A stretch of DNA of 64,000 nucleotides from Callorhinchus milii (taxonomy: Eukaryota), in contig NW_024704743.1 of assembly GCF_018977255.1 (NCBI RefSeq), forward strand, positions 60,204,001 through 60,268,000, in the 5' to 3' direction. Both the position numbers and the translations under genes were made by a program. Below the pieces are notes generated by a model. The model did not search any database. It was not told the origin of the DNA and saw only the letters and a list, made by a program, of their open reading frames with translations. Every line of letters begins with the position of its first letter. Position 1 is the stretch's first letter. This document shows, in pieces, positions 23,868-37,339 of the stretch.

Positions 23868-24240
23868 GTCTTACCTCTGCAACCTCCTAACCCCCTACCA
23901 TCTTGTTTGCTCTCTCTGCTCAGTGGGCCCCGGCCTGCTTCATGCCCCCCACCTTGCTCGCCACACTATTGGCGGGCAGGCCTTCTGCCATTCTGCCCCC
24001 ACCCTCTGGAACTCCATCTTGCAGTCCCACCGCCTCACCCCCTCCCTTGCTTCCTTCAAGAGCCATCTCAAGATCCTCCACTTCGACCATGCTTTCGATC
24101 TCCCTGCTTCCTCCTCTGCCCTCCACCCTCCCTGATCCTAACCCGCAGCTCGGGTCCGAAATTCTGTCTGTCCAGTGCCTTGGGACGTCCTCCCGATGTG
24201 AAAGGTGCTATACAAATGTAATTTTGTTGTTGTTGTTGTG
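23868..24240 (+). mobile_element. L2 LINE 3' end
   Basis: TIGGQAFCHSAPTLWNS; gggacgtcctcccgatgtgaaagg tail plus (TTG)n. Confidence 0.9.
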
Positions 24241-25299
24241 AAGATGGATGAATATTATGGAGGTTAGCTTGATTACCTTTGGGAATCGGGGTATTGATGC
24301 AGAAGTTTCTCCAAGGACATTAAATGGGTGCAGTAAAGTATATGGTACAGTAGATTATGCATGGTGTATGGAACGAGCGAGCTTGATTCTGCTTCCATGC
24401 TTTTTTATATTCTTATGTAAATATAAATGCTAGTGGAAGTTTTAAGCAAAACAATAAATTTTTTTTTAAACTAAACTCAACCAAACCAAATCAATTTAAC
24501 TGATTTAATATGAATAAGTTTGCGGTTTGTACCAGAAGAAAGATAGAGTAGACAATGAGTTTCAATGCAACCAGATCCAGAAGGAATGTCTGAGAAACTG
24601 GGCCAGCAAATGGCAAGTTCAATGTAAAATGAAGTTTAAGAGTAAAAATTAAATATATATAAATAAAGCAGTCATAGTGTACACAAACTAAGAGGTAAGC
24701 TTACAAAACCATCATTCTGATAAACTACTAGGTTTATCAGTAGCCAAAAAATTAAACTAAAAATCAAAAGAGCTAATGATATTGCTGTTCGTCAGAGTTT
24801 TAGTTATAGTTGTCTAATCATAGAAAGGTTATTATTGTACTTGGGAAGGTACATAGATCAGTGACAGTCAATTTACATCCAGCACATGGCACTCAGTGAT
24901 GGCCCATCAATAGTGCTATGGAATCTTTAACAACCACCTATACAGGAACGTCTCATCCAAGAAAAGACATCGACAACAATGCAACACTGCATTGGACTAT
25001 CAGCCCAGACTGTTACCTCAAATCACAAAGTGAGATTGTGGGACTTTGAAGTCACTGTCTGCGGCTCCGTTAAGAATGTTGTATTTGGATCACCCACAGA
25101 ATTTAACCTCTTTCCCCCCCTACCCCTCCACACATACAAACACAGACTGACCTGATACAGGATTTTGACTGTAGTAAGGAATCTTTTCTTTAATAAATTA
25201 CCTGAAACTTTCTTCTTCCTGTTCTTGGGATGAGCAGTGTGCAACCTGGGGTTATTATTGAGTGCTTTGGACTGGCCTGGAAGCTAATAGCCAGACACG

Positions 25300-25616
25300 A
25301 ATAATAATAATAATCCTTGCATTTGATATAGTGCTTTTCACGTCTTCTCGATGTCTCAAAGTGCTTCACAGAATAGACTGTAAAGTGAATTGACCATATA
25401 TTTGTGGGCGAAACGCAGCAGCCACTTGCGCACAGCAGTGTCCCACAAACAGTTGTGGATTGAAAATGACCAATTTATTATTGTTTTTGGTTTTGGAGGG
25501 ATTATTATTAGGCATGTGGAGTAAGGAAACTTGCCCAAGGTTTCGTCCTGCCTGGAATTGAACCCAGGTATCTCGTTTGCAAGGCGAGTGCTCTAACCAC
25601 TGAGCTAGAAGACTCC
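25300..25616 (-). mobile_element. Full-length CORE-type SINE, short subfamily
   Basis: tRNA-Ala-like head (GGAGTC..TAGCTCAGTGGTTAGAGC..TTGCAA..GGTTCAATTCC), partial CORE, L2-like tail and (TTA)n. Confidence 0.9.
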
Positions 25617-25789
25617 AACTCAAATCACAAAGTGGGATTGCGGGACTTTGAAGTCACTATCTGCGGCTCCGTTAAGAATGTTGTATTTGGATCACCCACA
25701 GGATTTAACCTCTTTCCCCCACCCCCCATCCCCCCACACATAATAATCCCTGTCTAGATATTGCTCTATATCTGCTGGTAATAAACATC

Positions 25790-26250
25790 TCTTCTGGCTA
25801 GGCTCCACTGGCTCCCCAGTTCTGGCCAGGCTCCACTGGTACCCTGTCATCGAACGGATCGACTTCAAGATCCTCACTCTCGTGTTCAAATCCATTCACT
25901 CCCTGGCACCTCCCTACCTCTCCGACCTCCTCACTCCCCAATCCACCACCTGGCACCTATGCTCGACTGTCACCGGGCTCCTACTTACCCCTTGCAACCT
26001 CCGCCCCACCATCGGAGGTTGCGCTTTCAGCCACTATGCTCCAAAACTCTGGAACACTCTCCCTCAATCCCTCCGCCTTACTCCCTCTCTCCTCTCTTTC
26101 AAATTCTGCCTGAAAATTTTCCTCTTCGATCGTGCTTACGGTCACCTCCCCCATTCCCCCAGCTCGGAGTCAGGCTCCGCCACTGTTAAGTGCTCTGAGA
26201 TGCTACCCTACGTGGAGGGCGCTATGTAAGTGCAAGTTGTTGTTGTTGTC
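25790..26250 (+). mobile_element. L2 LINE 3' end (second subfamily, like 59860-60716)
   Basis: FKSIHSLAPPYLSDLL...AFSHYAPKLWN; (TTG)n tail. Confidence 0.88.
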
Positions 26251-26543
26251 CTCCATGATCAATGCATTGACAACCAGGCCAAACCAAAGCTCCCTGCCTG
26301 CCTGCTATAGTGAGTGGAGCTGCTTCATCTCCTCTTGTAACAGACATCACCAGAACTGCCTGCTGCTATAAGAAAAATTTACAATCTTTTATTAACTGTT
26401 TTACAAGTTTTCAATAACTGGAATAAAATATTCTCTTTAAACTTAGTATCTCCTTTAAGACAGCTAATATTGTTCCCTTTAGAAACAGCGGACTTCAAGG
26501 TGACTTAATTGAAGTTTCCACGATTCTGAAGGAGATTGATGCA

Positions 26544-28150
26544 CAACAACAACAACAAGATTCCATTTATTGAGCGCCTTTCACATCGGGAGGACGTCCC
26601 AAGGCGCTGTACAGTTGGGTCAGGACCCGAGCAGGAGGGAAATGGTCAGGGGAGGGAAGGGAGGGAGTGAGGAGGGGGTAGAGAGTCGAGAGGGGAGGTG
26701 AAGGCACGGTCAAAGAGAAAGGTCTTGAGACCGGCCTTGAAGGAGGAAAGGGAGGAAGCAAGGAGAAGGCACTGGGGGATAGAGTTCCAGAGCCCAGGGG
26801 CTGAGAGGCTGAAGGCCCGGCCACCGATGGTAGGGCGGTTGGGGCGGGGGATGTGGAGCAGACCGGAGCCAGAGGAACGGAGGGTACGGGCAGGTAGGTA
26901 GGGGGATAGTAGGTCGGAGAGGTAGGAGGGAGCAAGGCCGTGAATGGCCTTGTAGGTGAGGATGAGGATCTTGAATTCGATCCTCTGGGGGATGGGGAGC
27001 CAGTGGAGGCGAGCGAGGGTGGGAGTGATGTGGTCCCGAAGCCTGGTGCGGGACAGTACACGAGCTGCAGAGTTCTGAATGACCTGCAGCTTGTGGAGGG
27101 AGGTGCCGGGAAGGCCGGCGAGGAGAGGGTTACCATAGTCCAGCCTTGAGGTGATAAAGGCGTGGACCAGAGTTTCAGCAGCGTGAGGGGTGAGGTAGTG
27201 CCATAGTCTGGTGATATTCCGGAGGTGATGGAAGGCGGTGCCAGTTGTGGCGCGGATATGAGGGTGAAAAGACAGCTCAGGGTCGAACAGAACACCAAGG
27301 TTCCTGATTGGCTTTGAGAGGTGGAGAGTGCAGCCTTGGATGCTGATGCTGTCAGCGCCTGAGGTGCGGAGGCGCTGACGTGAGCCAATCAGGAGGGCCT
27401 CAGTTTTGCGCACGTTGAGCTGGAGAAAGTTATCTCTCGTCCAGGACTCAATGTCAGACAGGCAGCTGTCAGGACATCGGTGGTCGTGGAGTTGAGGGTA
27501 GAGGAGGAAATGTAGAGTTGGGTGTCATCCGCATACCTGTGAAAGTTAACCCCATGTCTGCGGATGACGTCACCAAGGGGGAGCATATAGAGGGTGAAGA
27601 GGAGGGGACCGAGGACAGATCCCTGAGGGACACCGCACAAGACAGTGCGGGGGCCGGAGGAAAAACCATTTGTGGAGACAAAGTGAAGACGGTGGGAGAG
27701 GTACGACCTAAACCACTCAAGGACAGTTCCTTGAAGGTTTAGGTGGGAGGACAGGCGGTGGAGGAGGATAGCGTGGTCGACCGTATCGAATGCTGCCGAT
27801 AGGTCGAGGAGGACGAGGAGGCAGAGGGAGCCCTGGTCACAGATGGTCAGGATGGCATTGGTGACCTTGACCAGGGCAGTTTCTGTGCTATGGGCAGCAC
27901 AGAAACCCGATTGAAGGGGTTCGAATAGTGAATGGTTGGAGAGGAAAGAGCGCAGCTGGGAGGCGACAACTCGTTCCAGGACCTTGGATAGGAAGGGGAG
28001 GTTGGAGATGGGCCGGTAGCTTGATAGCTGCGATGTGGGAATGATGGTGGCAGTTTTTAAGGGAATGGGAATAGAGCCAGAGGAGAGGGACAGGTTGACG
28101 ATGTCTGTGATGTTGACGATGTCTGTGATGTTGACGATGTCTGTGATAAG
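26544..28150 (-). mobile_element. L2 LINE, 5'-truncated; RT domain split by a frameshift
   Basis: ORFs 27389-28153 ([46 protein letters not shown]) and 26646-27413. Confidence 0.95.
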
Positions 28151-28379
28151 CAAACAAATTGATTCCTATATACAACGACTAAAATACCAGGAGTTAGGAG
28201 ATAGAAATAAGAAGTCATGTGGTTTGGTTGAGAAATCATGTGGAACATTTTTACACAAGGGAAACTGAGGGATATATGGGAAGGCAGGTGGGTGGTATTA
28301 AGATGAATCTAAATATAATTGGTTTGTGTTCAATCCTGTGTGTGGGGGGGTGGTGGGTGTGCGTGGAGAACATCCTTTG

Positions 28380-30349
28380 TGGCATTCAATCAATTGAGCC
28401 AAACCTCTGTGGTAGGCTTGTCCGGTCCTGAGACAGGAGGGGTCTACAATTCCACAAGCCACTGTTGATGATAGCACAGCCAGCCTGGCATCTCCAGGAC
28501 TTGGAGATGCAGATCAGTTACTGGGAGCAGGGATTCTTCCCACTCAGCTCCTGTTAAGCCTGCAAGCTAAAGCCCTAATGGGTAGGGTGGTCCTATATGG
28601 GCAAGCAGTAAGAGGGTTGCCAGGCAGTGCTCTCAATGGCAAGCTATGCGGTTTTAGCTGGTTAGACTCAAGCAATAATCCAACGCACACTCTGGGGTCC
28701 CCAGTCTTTGGCTCTTGCCAACCTGCGCCTGATACTTTCTAGCAGTAGGTAGACAAGGTGTGTCCCTCCAGGGACATTCCATTCCAGGCATAGGCAAAAT
28801 TATATAGGTGGCATACATGTGAAACACTGCTATTTAAGAAGGGTGGGAGAGAAAAAAAATGGGGAACTATGGGGAATTAGCCTGACATCGGTGGGAGGGA
28901 AAATTCTGGAGTCTATAACGAGGGATATCATTGTGGGGCACTTAGAAAGTCATAATATGATTAGGCAGAGTCAATACGGTTTTATGAAAGAGAAATCGTG
29001 TTTAACAAAGTTTTTTTTAAACAGAGTCTTTGAAGATATAACTAGCAGGTTAGATGGGGGGAAACCAGTGGATATAGGATATCCACTGGATTTTCAGAAG
29101 GCATTCGACAAGGTGCCACATAAAAGTTGTTACATAAGATTAGGGCTCATGGAATTAAGGGTAATATATTAGCATGGATCGAAGAGTGGTTAACAGGCAG
29201 AAAACAGAGAGTAGGGATAAACGGGTCCTTCGAAGATTGGCAGGTTGTGACTAGTGGAATGCCACAAGGATCAGTGCTTGGGCCTCAACTGTTTACAGTC
29301 TACGTCAATGACTTAGATGAGGAAATAGAGCTTAATGAATCTAAATTTACAGACGATACAAAGCTAGGTAGGAAAGTAAGCTGTGAGGATGACACAAGGA
29401 GGATGCAAAGGGATAAGTGAGTGGGCAAGAAGGTGGCATATGGAGTATAATGTGGGGAAGTGTGAAGTTATTCACCTAGATAGAAAAAATAGAAAAGCAG
29501 ATTATTTTCTAGAGGGGGAGAGACTAAATAGTGTTAATACTCAGAGGGATTTAGATGTCCTTGTACACCAATCACAGAAAGTTAGTATGTAGGTACAGCA
29601 AGCAACTAGGAAGGCTAATAGCATGTTAGCGTTTATTGCAAAGGGGTTAGAGTACAAGCGTAGGGAAGTCTTACTGCAATTGTATAGGGCCTTGGTGAAA
29701 CTGCACCTGGAATATTGTGTGCAGTTTTGGTCTCCTTATCTAAGAAAGGATATACTCGCCTTAGAGGGGGTGCAACAAAGGTTCACTAGGTTGGTTCCTG
29801 GGATGAGGGGATTGACCTATGAGGAAAGGTTGAGTAGACTCAACGTATATTCTCTAGAATATAGAAGAATTAGAGGTGATCTTATAGAAACCTATAAGAT
29901 TCTTAAGGGTTTTGACAGGGTAGATAGTGTGAGACTGTTTCCCCTGGTTGGAGAATCTAAAACTAGGGGTCATAGTCTCTGGATTAAAGGTCAGTCCTTT
30001 AGAACTGGGTTGAGAAAACATTTCTTCACTCAGAGGGTAGTGAATTTGTGGAATTCTCTACCTCAGAAGGCTGTGGATGCTCAGTCATTGAACATATTCA
30101 AGACTGAGATCAATAGATTTTTAAAAACTAAAGGGATTAAGGGATATGGGTATAGGGCAGATAATTGGAATTAGGTTAGAAGATCAGCCATGATCTTATT
30201 AAATGGCTGGGCAGGCTCGAGGGGCCGAATGACCTACTTCTGCTCCTATTTCTTATGTTCTTATTGTAGAACTCTTAGTCTGGTCTGCACATGTTGAAGC
30301 ATGTAGATGGGTTTCCACATGAGTCAGATACCCGGCTGACCAAAAAAAA
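28380..30349 (+). mobile_element. Unclassified repeat, copy C, split by a CR1 insertion (pieces 28380-28822 and 30265-30349)
   Basis: The joined pieces are collinear with copies at 14240 and 44795; ends gtcagatacccggctgaccaaaaaaa. Confidence 0.75.
28823..30264 (+). mobile_element. CR1 LINE, 5'-truncated, decayed RT
   Basis: [55 protein letters not shown]; tcttatgt tail. Confidence 0.95.
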
Positions 30350-31479
30350 GAGGAGAGTTACAGAAACAAGCATGAGGAGTCCCTCCCCCACCTCTGATGT
30401 AAGTTATGGTTACTTCCTCTTGCAAAGTTCACAGCAAACCCAGTTAGCAAAAAGCAATAAAAGGACAAAATATTCCCACTCGCCACAATTGGGTGACTCC
30501 CTAGCCTCATGGAACAACAGACAAACCTCATACTCCAACATAAAATAGATATGGTGACTCAGAAAGCCTGAAAGTTATGCACTACCTTATTCACAGAGTT
30601 TATCATAACAAAAAACATCACCCCAAGTACAACCAAAGTGATCCATTTGGTAAAAAATATTTTGTTAGAAGAGCCTCAAGTTCCCCATTTCCTCAGCCAT
30701 TTCAGAATAAGGAACACTGACCTCATATCATCAATACAGGAAAGTTAGGAGAAAGGCTTAGAAGAGGAACTAACTATAGCGCAATAGATCAATATAAGCT
30801 GGATCTCCCCCTGCAGCAGACTACTGGAAGGGGAACTGAAATTACTGGAGGGTGCATATTGCAAGCTGCTCAGATCTGAGTTTGCATGAATTGACATGAC
30901 GCACATGGGATTCATTGGCAGGTATTGCCACTTTCATTGTGCTTGAGGGTGTGTCTTTATCATTATGATGAACTGTGTGGGTTGCATGGACTGTTTGTAG
31001 TCAATAAGCTGAAGTCCTTACTTGGAGCTTGAACCCACAACATTCTAATCCAGAGACAACAGTGCTATCCATTAAGCGAGGTTCATACTAAGATCGACAC
31101 CTTAAAAAAAATGGAAAATAGAAGGGCCGCACAGGACAGGACAGGAAGGGCACGCCAACCAGATGAGAGGTAGGCTAGCAAACTACAAAAAAGAAAACAC
31201 ATTCAAACTATACATGCTGGGCTACCCACAAGGGAACTGGTTCAAAACCAATAACCCATGTCACAAGATCACAAAATTGTGTTGAATGAGGAAGTCCCTT
31301 CAGCCCATTTGATCTTATCCATCCAGAGTATCTACCCACTGAGCATCAGGGTGCTTTTTTTATTTATTTTGCAGATGAAAACAAGAAATCAATAGGCTCA
31401 AGTAAGTAACACAATACATCATTTAACACAGTCTTTGTCTGATTATGATAGTCTTGTACTATGGTGCATCACTCTATAC

Positions 31480-33783
31480 CAGAGGTGGGCAAAATATGGT
31501 CCTCGGGCCATATCCGGCCCGCCAAATGATTCTATCCAGCCTGTCATTGTGTCCAGCAATAGAAAAAATTCTAGTTTGTTCAGTCCCAGAAAATCGCACA
31601 AATTTCGCATTTGAATCAGACCGGGAACATCAGCCAATCACACTGCTTAGTTGTGCGCATGCTCCCTTAAGTATTGAATCAGGCTGACTCCAGAAATGTA
31701 TGGAATGGCAAATTTTCAAACACGCGTGCAGCAACCGTGGCAATAGTTTTCAATGAAGAGGATGTTAATTCGAAATGAGTTTATCAAAGAAGCAGATTGT
31801 GGACGCTGAAGACCAAATATTCAACAAAGAATGGACTTCTACATTTTTTTTTACCAGTGTGGGTGGAAAAGCTGTGTACTTAATTTGCAAAGAAAGTGGG
31901 CAGTGCTCAAAGACTACAACTTGAATTGCCATTTTGAGAGTAAACATGCATGCAAATATAAGAATGTTCCTGCTGAAGAAAAAGAAAAGAAAGCTAATGA
32001 GATGGTTGTTCGAATGCAAAAGAGCAAAGCATTTTCACAAAGCAATTTGCGTCCCAGGATGAGATTACAAGAGTGAGTTATGTGATTGCACACAAAATCG
32101 CCAAGAACAGCAAACCGTTTTCTGAAGGAGAATTTATAAAGGAATGTATGGTGACTCTGCCTCGATTTTATGCCCAGACAAGAAAAAACAGTTCGAGAAC
32201 ATTAGCTTGTCAAGGCGAATTATTGTGAGATGTGTCGAAGATATCTCTGAGAACCTATATCTGCAGTTACAAAATAAAGTAAGCAACTTTGCATGTTTTT
32301 CACTGGTACTTGATGAGAGTTGTGATGTCAAATATACAGACCAGTTGATAATTTTTATTTGAGGTATCACCAAACATTTTGAGCTCACAGAAGAATTGGC
32401 ATCAATGCAGTGAATGAAAGATACGACAGCTGGAGAAGACTTTTTGGAGGCAGTAAATAAGTGTATCTTAAAATTAGGAGTGGAGTGAAAAAAATTGGTG
32501 AATGTGACCACCGATGGAAGCCCAAATCTGACTAGCAAAAATGATGGGTTACTGAAAAGAATTCAAGTTCAGGTCAAAGAAACAAATCCAGAACAGAATA
32601 TTGTTTTTCTACAAAGCATTATCCACCCAGAGGTCCTCTGTAAGAGTGTTCTAAAACGAAGCAATATCGTGGACACAATTACGAAAGTGGTCAACTATAT
32701 TCGAGCAAAAGGATTAAACCACAGGCAATTTGTAACTTTGCTTGAGGAATTGGAATCTGAGCACACAGATATTCTGTATCACATGAATGTAAGATGGCTT
32801 AGTTTAGGAAAGGTCTTGAAAAGAGTGTGGGAACTGAGAACAGAGATTGGTTTATTTTTGGGCATGATTTCCCACACCTGAATGATGTGAATTGGCTCTC
32901 TGATTTCACATGTGTCATTGATATTATGAATTATATTGTACATGAATGAACTGAATTCAAAACTGCAACGGAAGGCGGCCTTTGTATTGCAGTGTCAAGT
33001 CATTTATGACCAAATTATTTATTTTATCGCGTTGGATAGGAAACAGGCTATTCGCCCACTTTCCAACTTTGCAGCAGATTACTGTTTGCGATCAAAGCCT
33101 TAAAAAGTATACTTCGTCACTACTTGACTTACATGCTGAATTTTCTTGCCGATTCCAGAATTTCAATTTGATTGTCTTTGGTCTCTTCACCATTCTCATT
33201 TGATGTTGACAAAGCCCCACTTGACCTCCAACTCGAGGTTATTGACCTGCAATTTGATCCATTGCTTGCGGAGCAATTCAAATCAGTGCCGCTTCCCAGT
33301 TTTTACACCTCTCTTAATGAATATACCTTTCCAAAACTAAATGCTCATGCCCAGAGGATGCTTGTGTTGTTTGGATTAACATGTATCTGCGAGGAGACAT
33401 TTTCTGTGAACATAGATCTATGATGACTGATGACCACATTGCAGCAGTACTCCGCATTGCAACAACGGAGACGATGCCTGACTTCAATTGTCTGGTTAAC
33501 GCACATCAGCACTTTCATTCTTTCCATTGAGTGAGCTTCTCACATTCTCATCGATATGTGAATAAATGAATAAATATTGAATAAATATCTGCTCAATCAG
33601 TTGTTTTTATTTAACCTAATTTTATTGAATGTCAGTTATACAGACTAGATTGTATACATGTACAAGTGTAAGGCTTGATTTTGAGCTATTATTAAGCATT
33701 TGCATCTATATTAAGTGTGTGGCCCGCGAAGCTTACCAAAACTCGTGAAGTGGCCCGCCAGCCAAAATAATTGTCCACCCCTG
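31480..33783 (+). mobile_element. Complete hAT DNA transposon (Buster/Charlie group, GTF2IRD2-like transposase), pseudogenised
   Basis: TIRs CAGAGGTGGGCAAAA / CAGGGGTGGACAATT; perfect 8-bp TSD CTCTATAC (31472-31479, 33784-33791); transposase motifs FSLVLDESCDV, TTDGSPN, NVRWLSLGKVL and CICEETFS, with stops and frameshifts. Confidence 0.95.
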
Positions 33784-34883
33784 CTCTATACTGAAGCAAT
33801 ATAACTCATACATGAACAGTAATAATAAATAATAATAATCCTTGTATTTGATATAGGGCCTTATCACTAAGAAGATATGTTTCATTTGAACTAAACCTAC
33901 TTTGAAAACTCAATAAAACAAATTGCAAAATGACATGGACACCAAGATTCTACTTCCTTCAAGCAACCCTTATTCAACAATGTTGAACCTTCTTGAAAAT
34001 GTCAATTGGTAATGTTTAAGGAAAGCATCTACTTTGAAAAATGCTGCACAAAGTAACCCTTCCGGGACTTGGGAGTCCGAGAATCTCCATTTCAACTGGT
34101 TACTCAATTAGACATGATTACACAAGTCTACTCTCAGCTTTTAGCTCGGCAAGTATTAAAAGTGGTGTAAAAACAGTGAAACAATTTGGTAAGCTGCATG
34201 TGTCTTTCCATTACCTGATTTTTTTTTATTGTTGATCAGAGTTTATGTGCTACTAGTCAGCACATTCATTGAAGATTAGGTAGATTTTTTTTAGAAAAGC
34301 TTTTGTTGTGCAGGAGGCAAATTGACAGCAATTTATTGTAACCAAAAACTCATAACCTATAGAATGTTTGTGGCAACGAAGGATCCATGACACCCAGCTC
34401 TGTATGAAGAGCAATTTTGTCTTTTATAATAATCCTTGCATTTGATACAGCGCCTTATCACATCTTTGAGACATCTCAAAGCACTTCATACTGTAAAGTG
34501 AATTGACTGTATATTTTAAGGGTGTTTTCTCTTGAACATTTAATCAATTAAGCAATCATAATATATGATATAAAATTTCCAACCAATTGAGTTCATGTGG
34601 TGAATAAATAGTGAAAGTTATTCAAAATTTTGGTAAAGAATAAAATGTTTCAACAGTGGATGAGAAAGAATCAGCTGACATGCCTTTTCAAGACATTTTC
34701 TTATGTTTACTTGTCAGTGTTCAGAGATATAATAATCCTTGCGTTTGGTATAACGCCTTTCATGTCAGTAGAATGTCTCAAAGTGTTTCACAGTGGGGTT
34801 TGGGGGAATAGGCAAGGTTACCCCCCCCACAACATTGTTTAATAGATTTATGATTTCACACATTTTAATACATCTAAATCTTA

Positions 34884-35275
34884 GGTGTCAGCCTGGCTCA
34901 GTTGGTAGCATCTTAGAGTCAGAAGATTATGGCTTCAAGGTTCACATAGTCTACACTTACACTCCAATGCAGTGCTGGGTTTGCTGCATTGTTGCTATCC
35001 TTCAGATGAGATGTTAAAGCAAAGTCTTTGCTATCTGTTAAGGTTCCTTTGCTACTCTTCGAAAAGAGTTTCTCCTGGCGTATTGGCCTACAAGCCTCCA
35101 GATAAAAAATGATTTTCACTTAATGGTTGTTTGTGGGACATTGCTATGTGCAAATTTGCTACTGCTTTTGTGTAGGAAATACAGTTCACTTTCCAGTAAA
35201 TTCTGTGACATGCTTTGAGACATCTTCCTGATACGAAAGCTGCATACCAAATTACAAAGCTCATGATTATTATTA
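34884..35275 (+). mobile_element. Old Deu-domain SINE
   Basis: gtcagcctggctcagttggtagca head; ttcagatgagatgttaaa; tttgtgggacattgct tail. Confidence 0.7.
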
Positions 35276-35544
35276 AAAAAAAATTAATTCTCTTGAAAAA
35301 TTATGTTCCACTACAATCTAATACTCGCCCATAAAACATATAATCACTTGCAGTATGTCCTGCGAAGAGCTTTGAGATATCCTCTTGATGTGAAAGAAGC
35401 TACATCAGATTCCCCCAAAAATCATTGTTATTATTATAAGGATAAATCCTGACTGATCTTTTCCCTATCAAAGCTGAGATCTCTGAAGCCAATTGTAGCA
35501 CTTTTACCGCTACCCAAGTTAATATCAGCTAAATCAGCACAGAT

Positions 35545-35912
35545 CAATGTAAAGTACTTTAAAATTATGGTAGATTTTGATAGATTAGATAGGGACAAAT
35601 TATTTTCCTTGGTCAATGAGTCAGTTGCTAGAGGGCCTAAAGTTAAATAATTAGCAAGGTTGCAAAGGGAAGATTTGGAGGATTTTTTTTACATTGAGAA
35701 ATGTTAGGATGTGGACTGCCCTTCTGGGTAGGGGGTCGAGACGTAATCCAATTATCTTTCAGAGGGAAGTAGATAAATATCTAAAATGGTAATTTACTTG
35801 TTTACAGGGGTATGGGAAAGAGGCAAGTAAATGGGACTGGATGTATTGCTCTTTCAAAGAACCAATACAGACATGTTGGGGTGAATGGCCTTCTTCTGTG
35901 CTGTAAATCTCT
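35545..35912 (+). mobile_element. Old CR1 3' fragment
   Basis: tttaaaattatgg..ttttgatagattagatagggacaaattattt...gaatggccttcttctgtgctgta. Confidence 0.6.
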
Positions 35913-36957
35913 ATAGTTTCAAACCAGGAAATATGAGATCAGGTCGTGCTTTTATCCCTCAACTGAGATGCTGGGAGCAATATCATAAAAAAAATTAAAG
36001 ATACTATGCAAAGAAAGAAACCATATTTTCTTTTTAAATTATCTGTGTTTTATTATATTTTTGTAATGAATTAATTTGGAAATGATCTTCCAATTATGTC
36101 TAATTTCACACTGTATGTACAGTATCCTACTAGACTCTAAAAAAATGCAGCGCTTTCAGATTTTGTCTAGTCCCTATACAAAATTTTTTAAAAAAATTCT
36201 TCCAAGGTGCTTGTTCTCTGCCTTCCTCACAGAATTGCAAACTGGATCATCAGAATTTGATCAGTATTTAGCCTACACTGAAGATGAGCACATTTATGAC
36301 ATTATATGAATCAAAAGGAAAAGTAGCCAAATAAATTATATTCAAAGAGACTAAATTGTGAGCAGCTCCTGCAGGTAGTGATGTAAATGTGCTGTGATTT
36401 ATTCTCATAACTATCTTTAAATCTTTATAAATATTTCAGATTCTGTTAAACCTGTATTTATGCTGTGCTCAGTAGCAGCTCTTACTTTCAATAGCAATAA
36501 TAATAATCCTCGCATTTAATATAGCACCTTATCATGTCTTCAAGACATCTCAAAGTGTTTCACAGAATATACTGTATATTTTGTGGGTGAATAATGATGG
36601 GGGAGCGCAAAGAAATGCTTATATTAGGCTCACTCTTTCTGGGTGTAGCCTCAAAAGAGGTTGTTATTGCATTGGGAAAGCCATGAAGATCATGGTGATG
36701 CCAGATTTTATAATAGTTTGTATGTTTTCGAGCACCCTATTTCAAGAGTACATTAAAGAATGGAGAAGATTCAGAGAGTGTGGAACAAGTTTACTCCAAA
36801 AGAGAACTGGATAAACATCTGCTTGAAGAATAGAGAGGTGGGTGCAGACTGAATTCAACTAATACTCTATAGGCCATCAGTGTTGAATATTGGAGATGAA
36901 TGAATTTTTTTGGATATTTTACAACAATTTGCCTTTATAATGCTCGATTCATAGAGT

Positions 36958-37339
36958 GAAATCTTGTGGTTAGTGGTTAGAGCACTTGCCTTGCAAATGA
37001 GAGGACCTGGATTCGATTCCTGGGCAGCACGAAATGTTAGGCACAATTCCTTACTCCACACGCCTCTGTTTATCTAGCAGTAAGTAGGAACCAAGTTGTT
37101 AGTTGATTTGTGGATCGCTTTTCCGGGAGTAATAAGCCCTTCAATTTTGTTTAAAATAACTAATAATTTGGTCACTCAATCCATGACTGTTTGTGGGACA
37201 CTGCTGCGCGCAATTGGTGTCGCATTTCGCCCACAAAACATACAGTCAATTCACGTTACAGTATATTCTTTGAAGAGCTTTGAGACATCTCAAAGATGTG
37301 ATAAGGTGCTATATCAAATGCAAGGATTATTATTATTAT
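36958..37339 (+). mobile_element. Full-length CORE-type SINE, long subfamily
   Basis: tRNA head, complete CORE-like segment, L2-like tail and (TTA)n. Confidence 0.9.
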
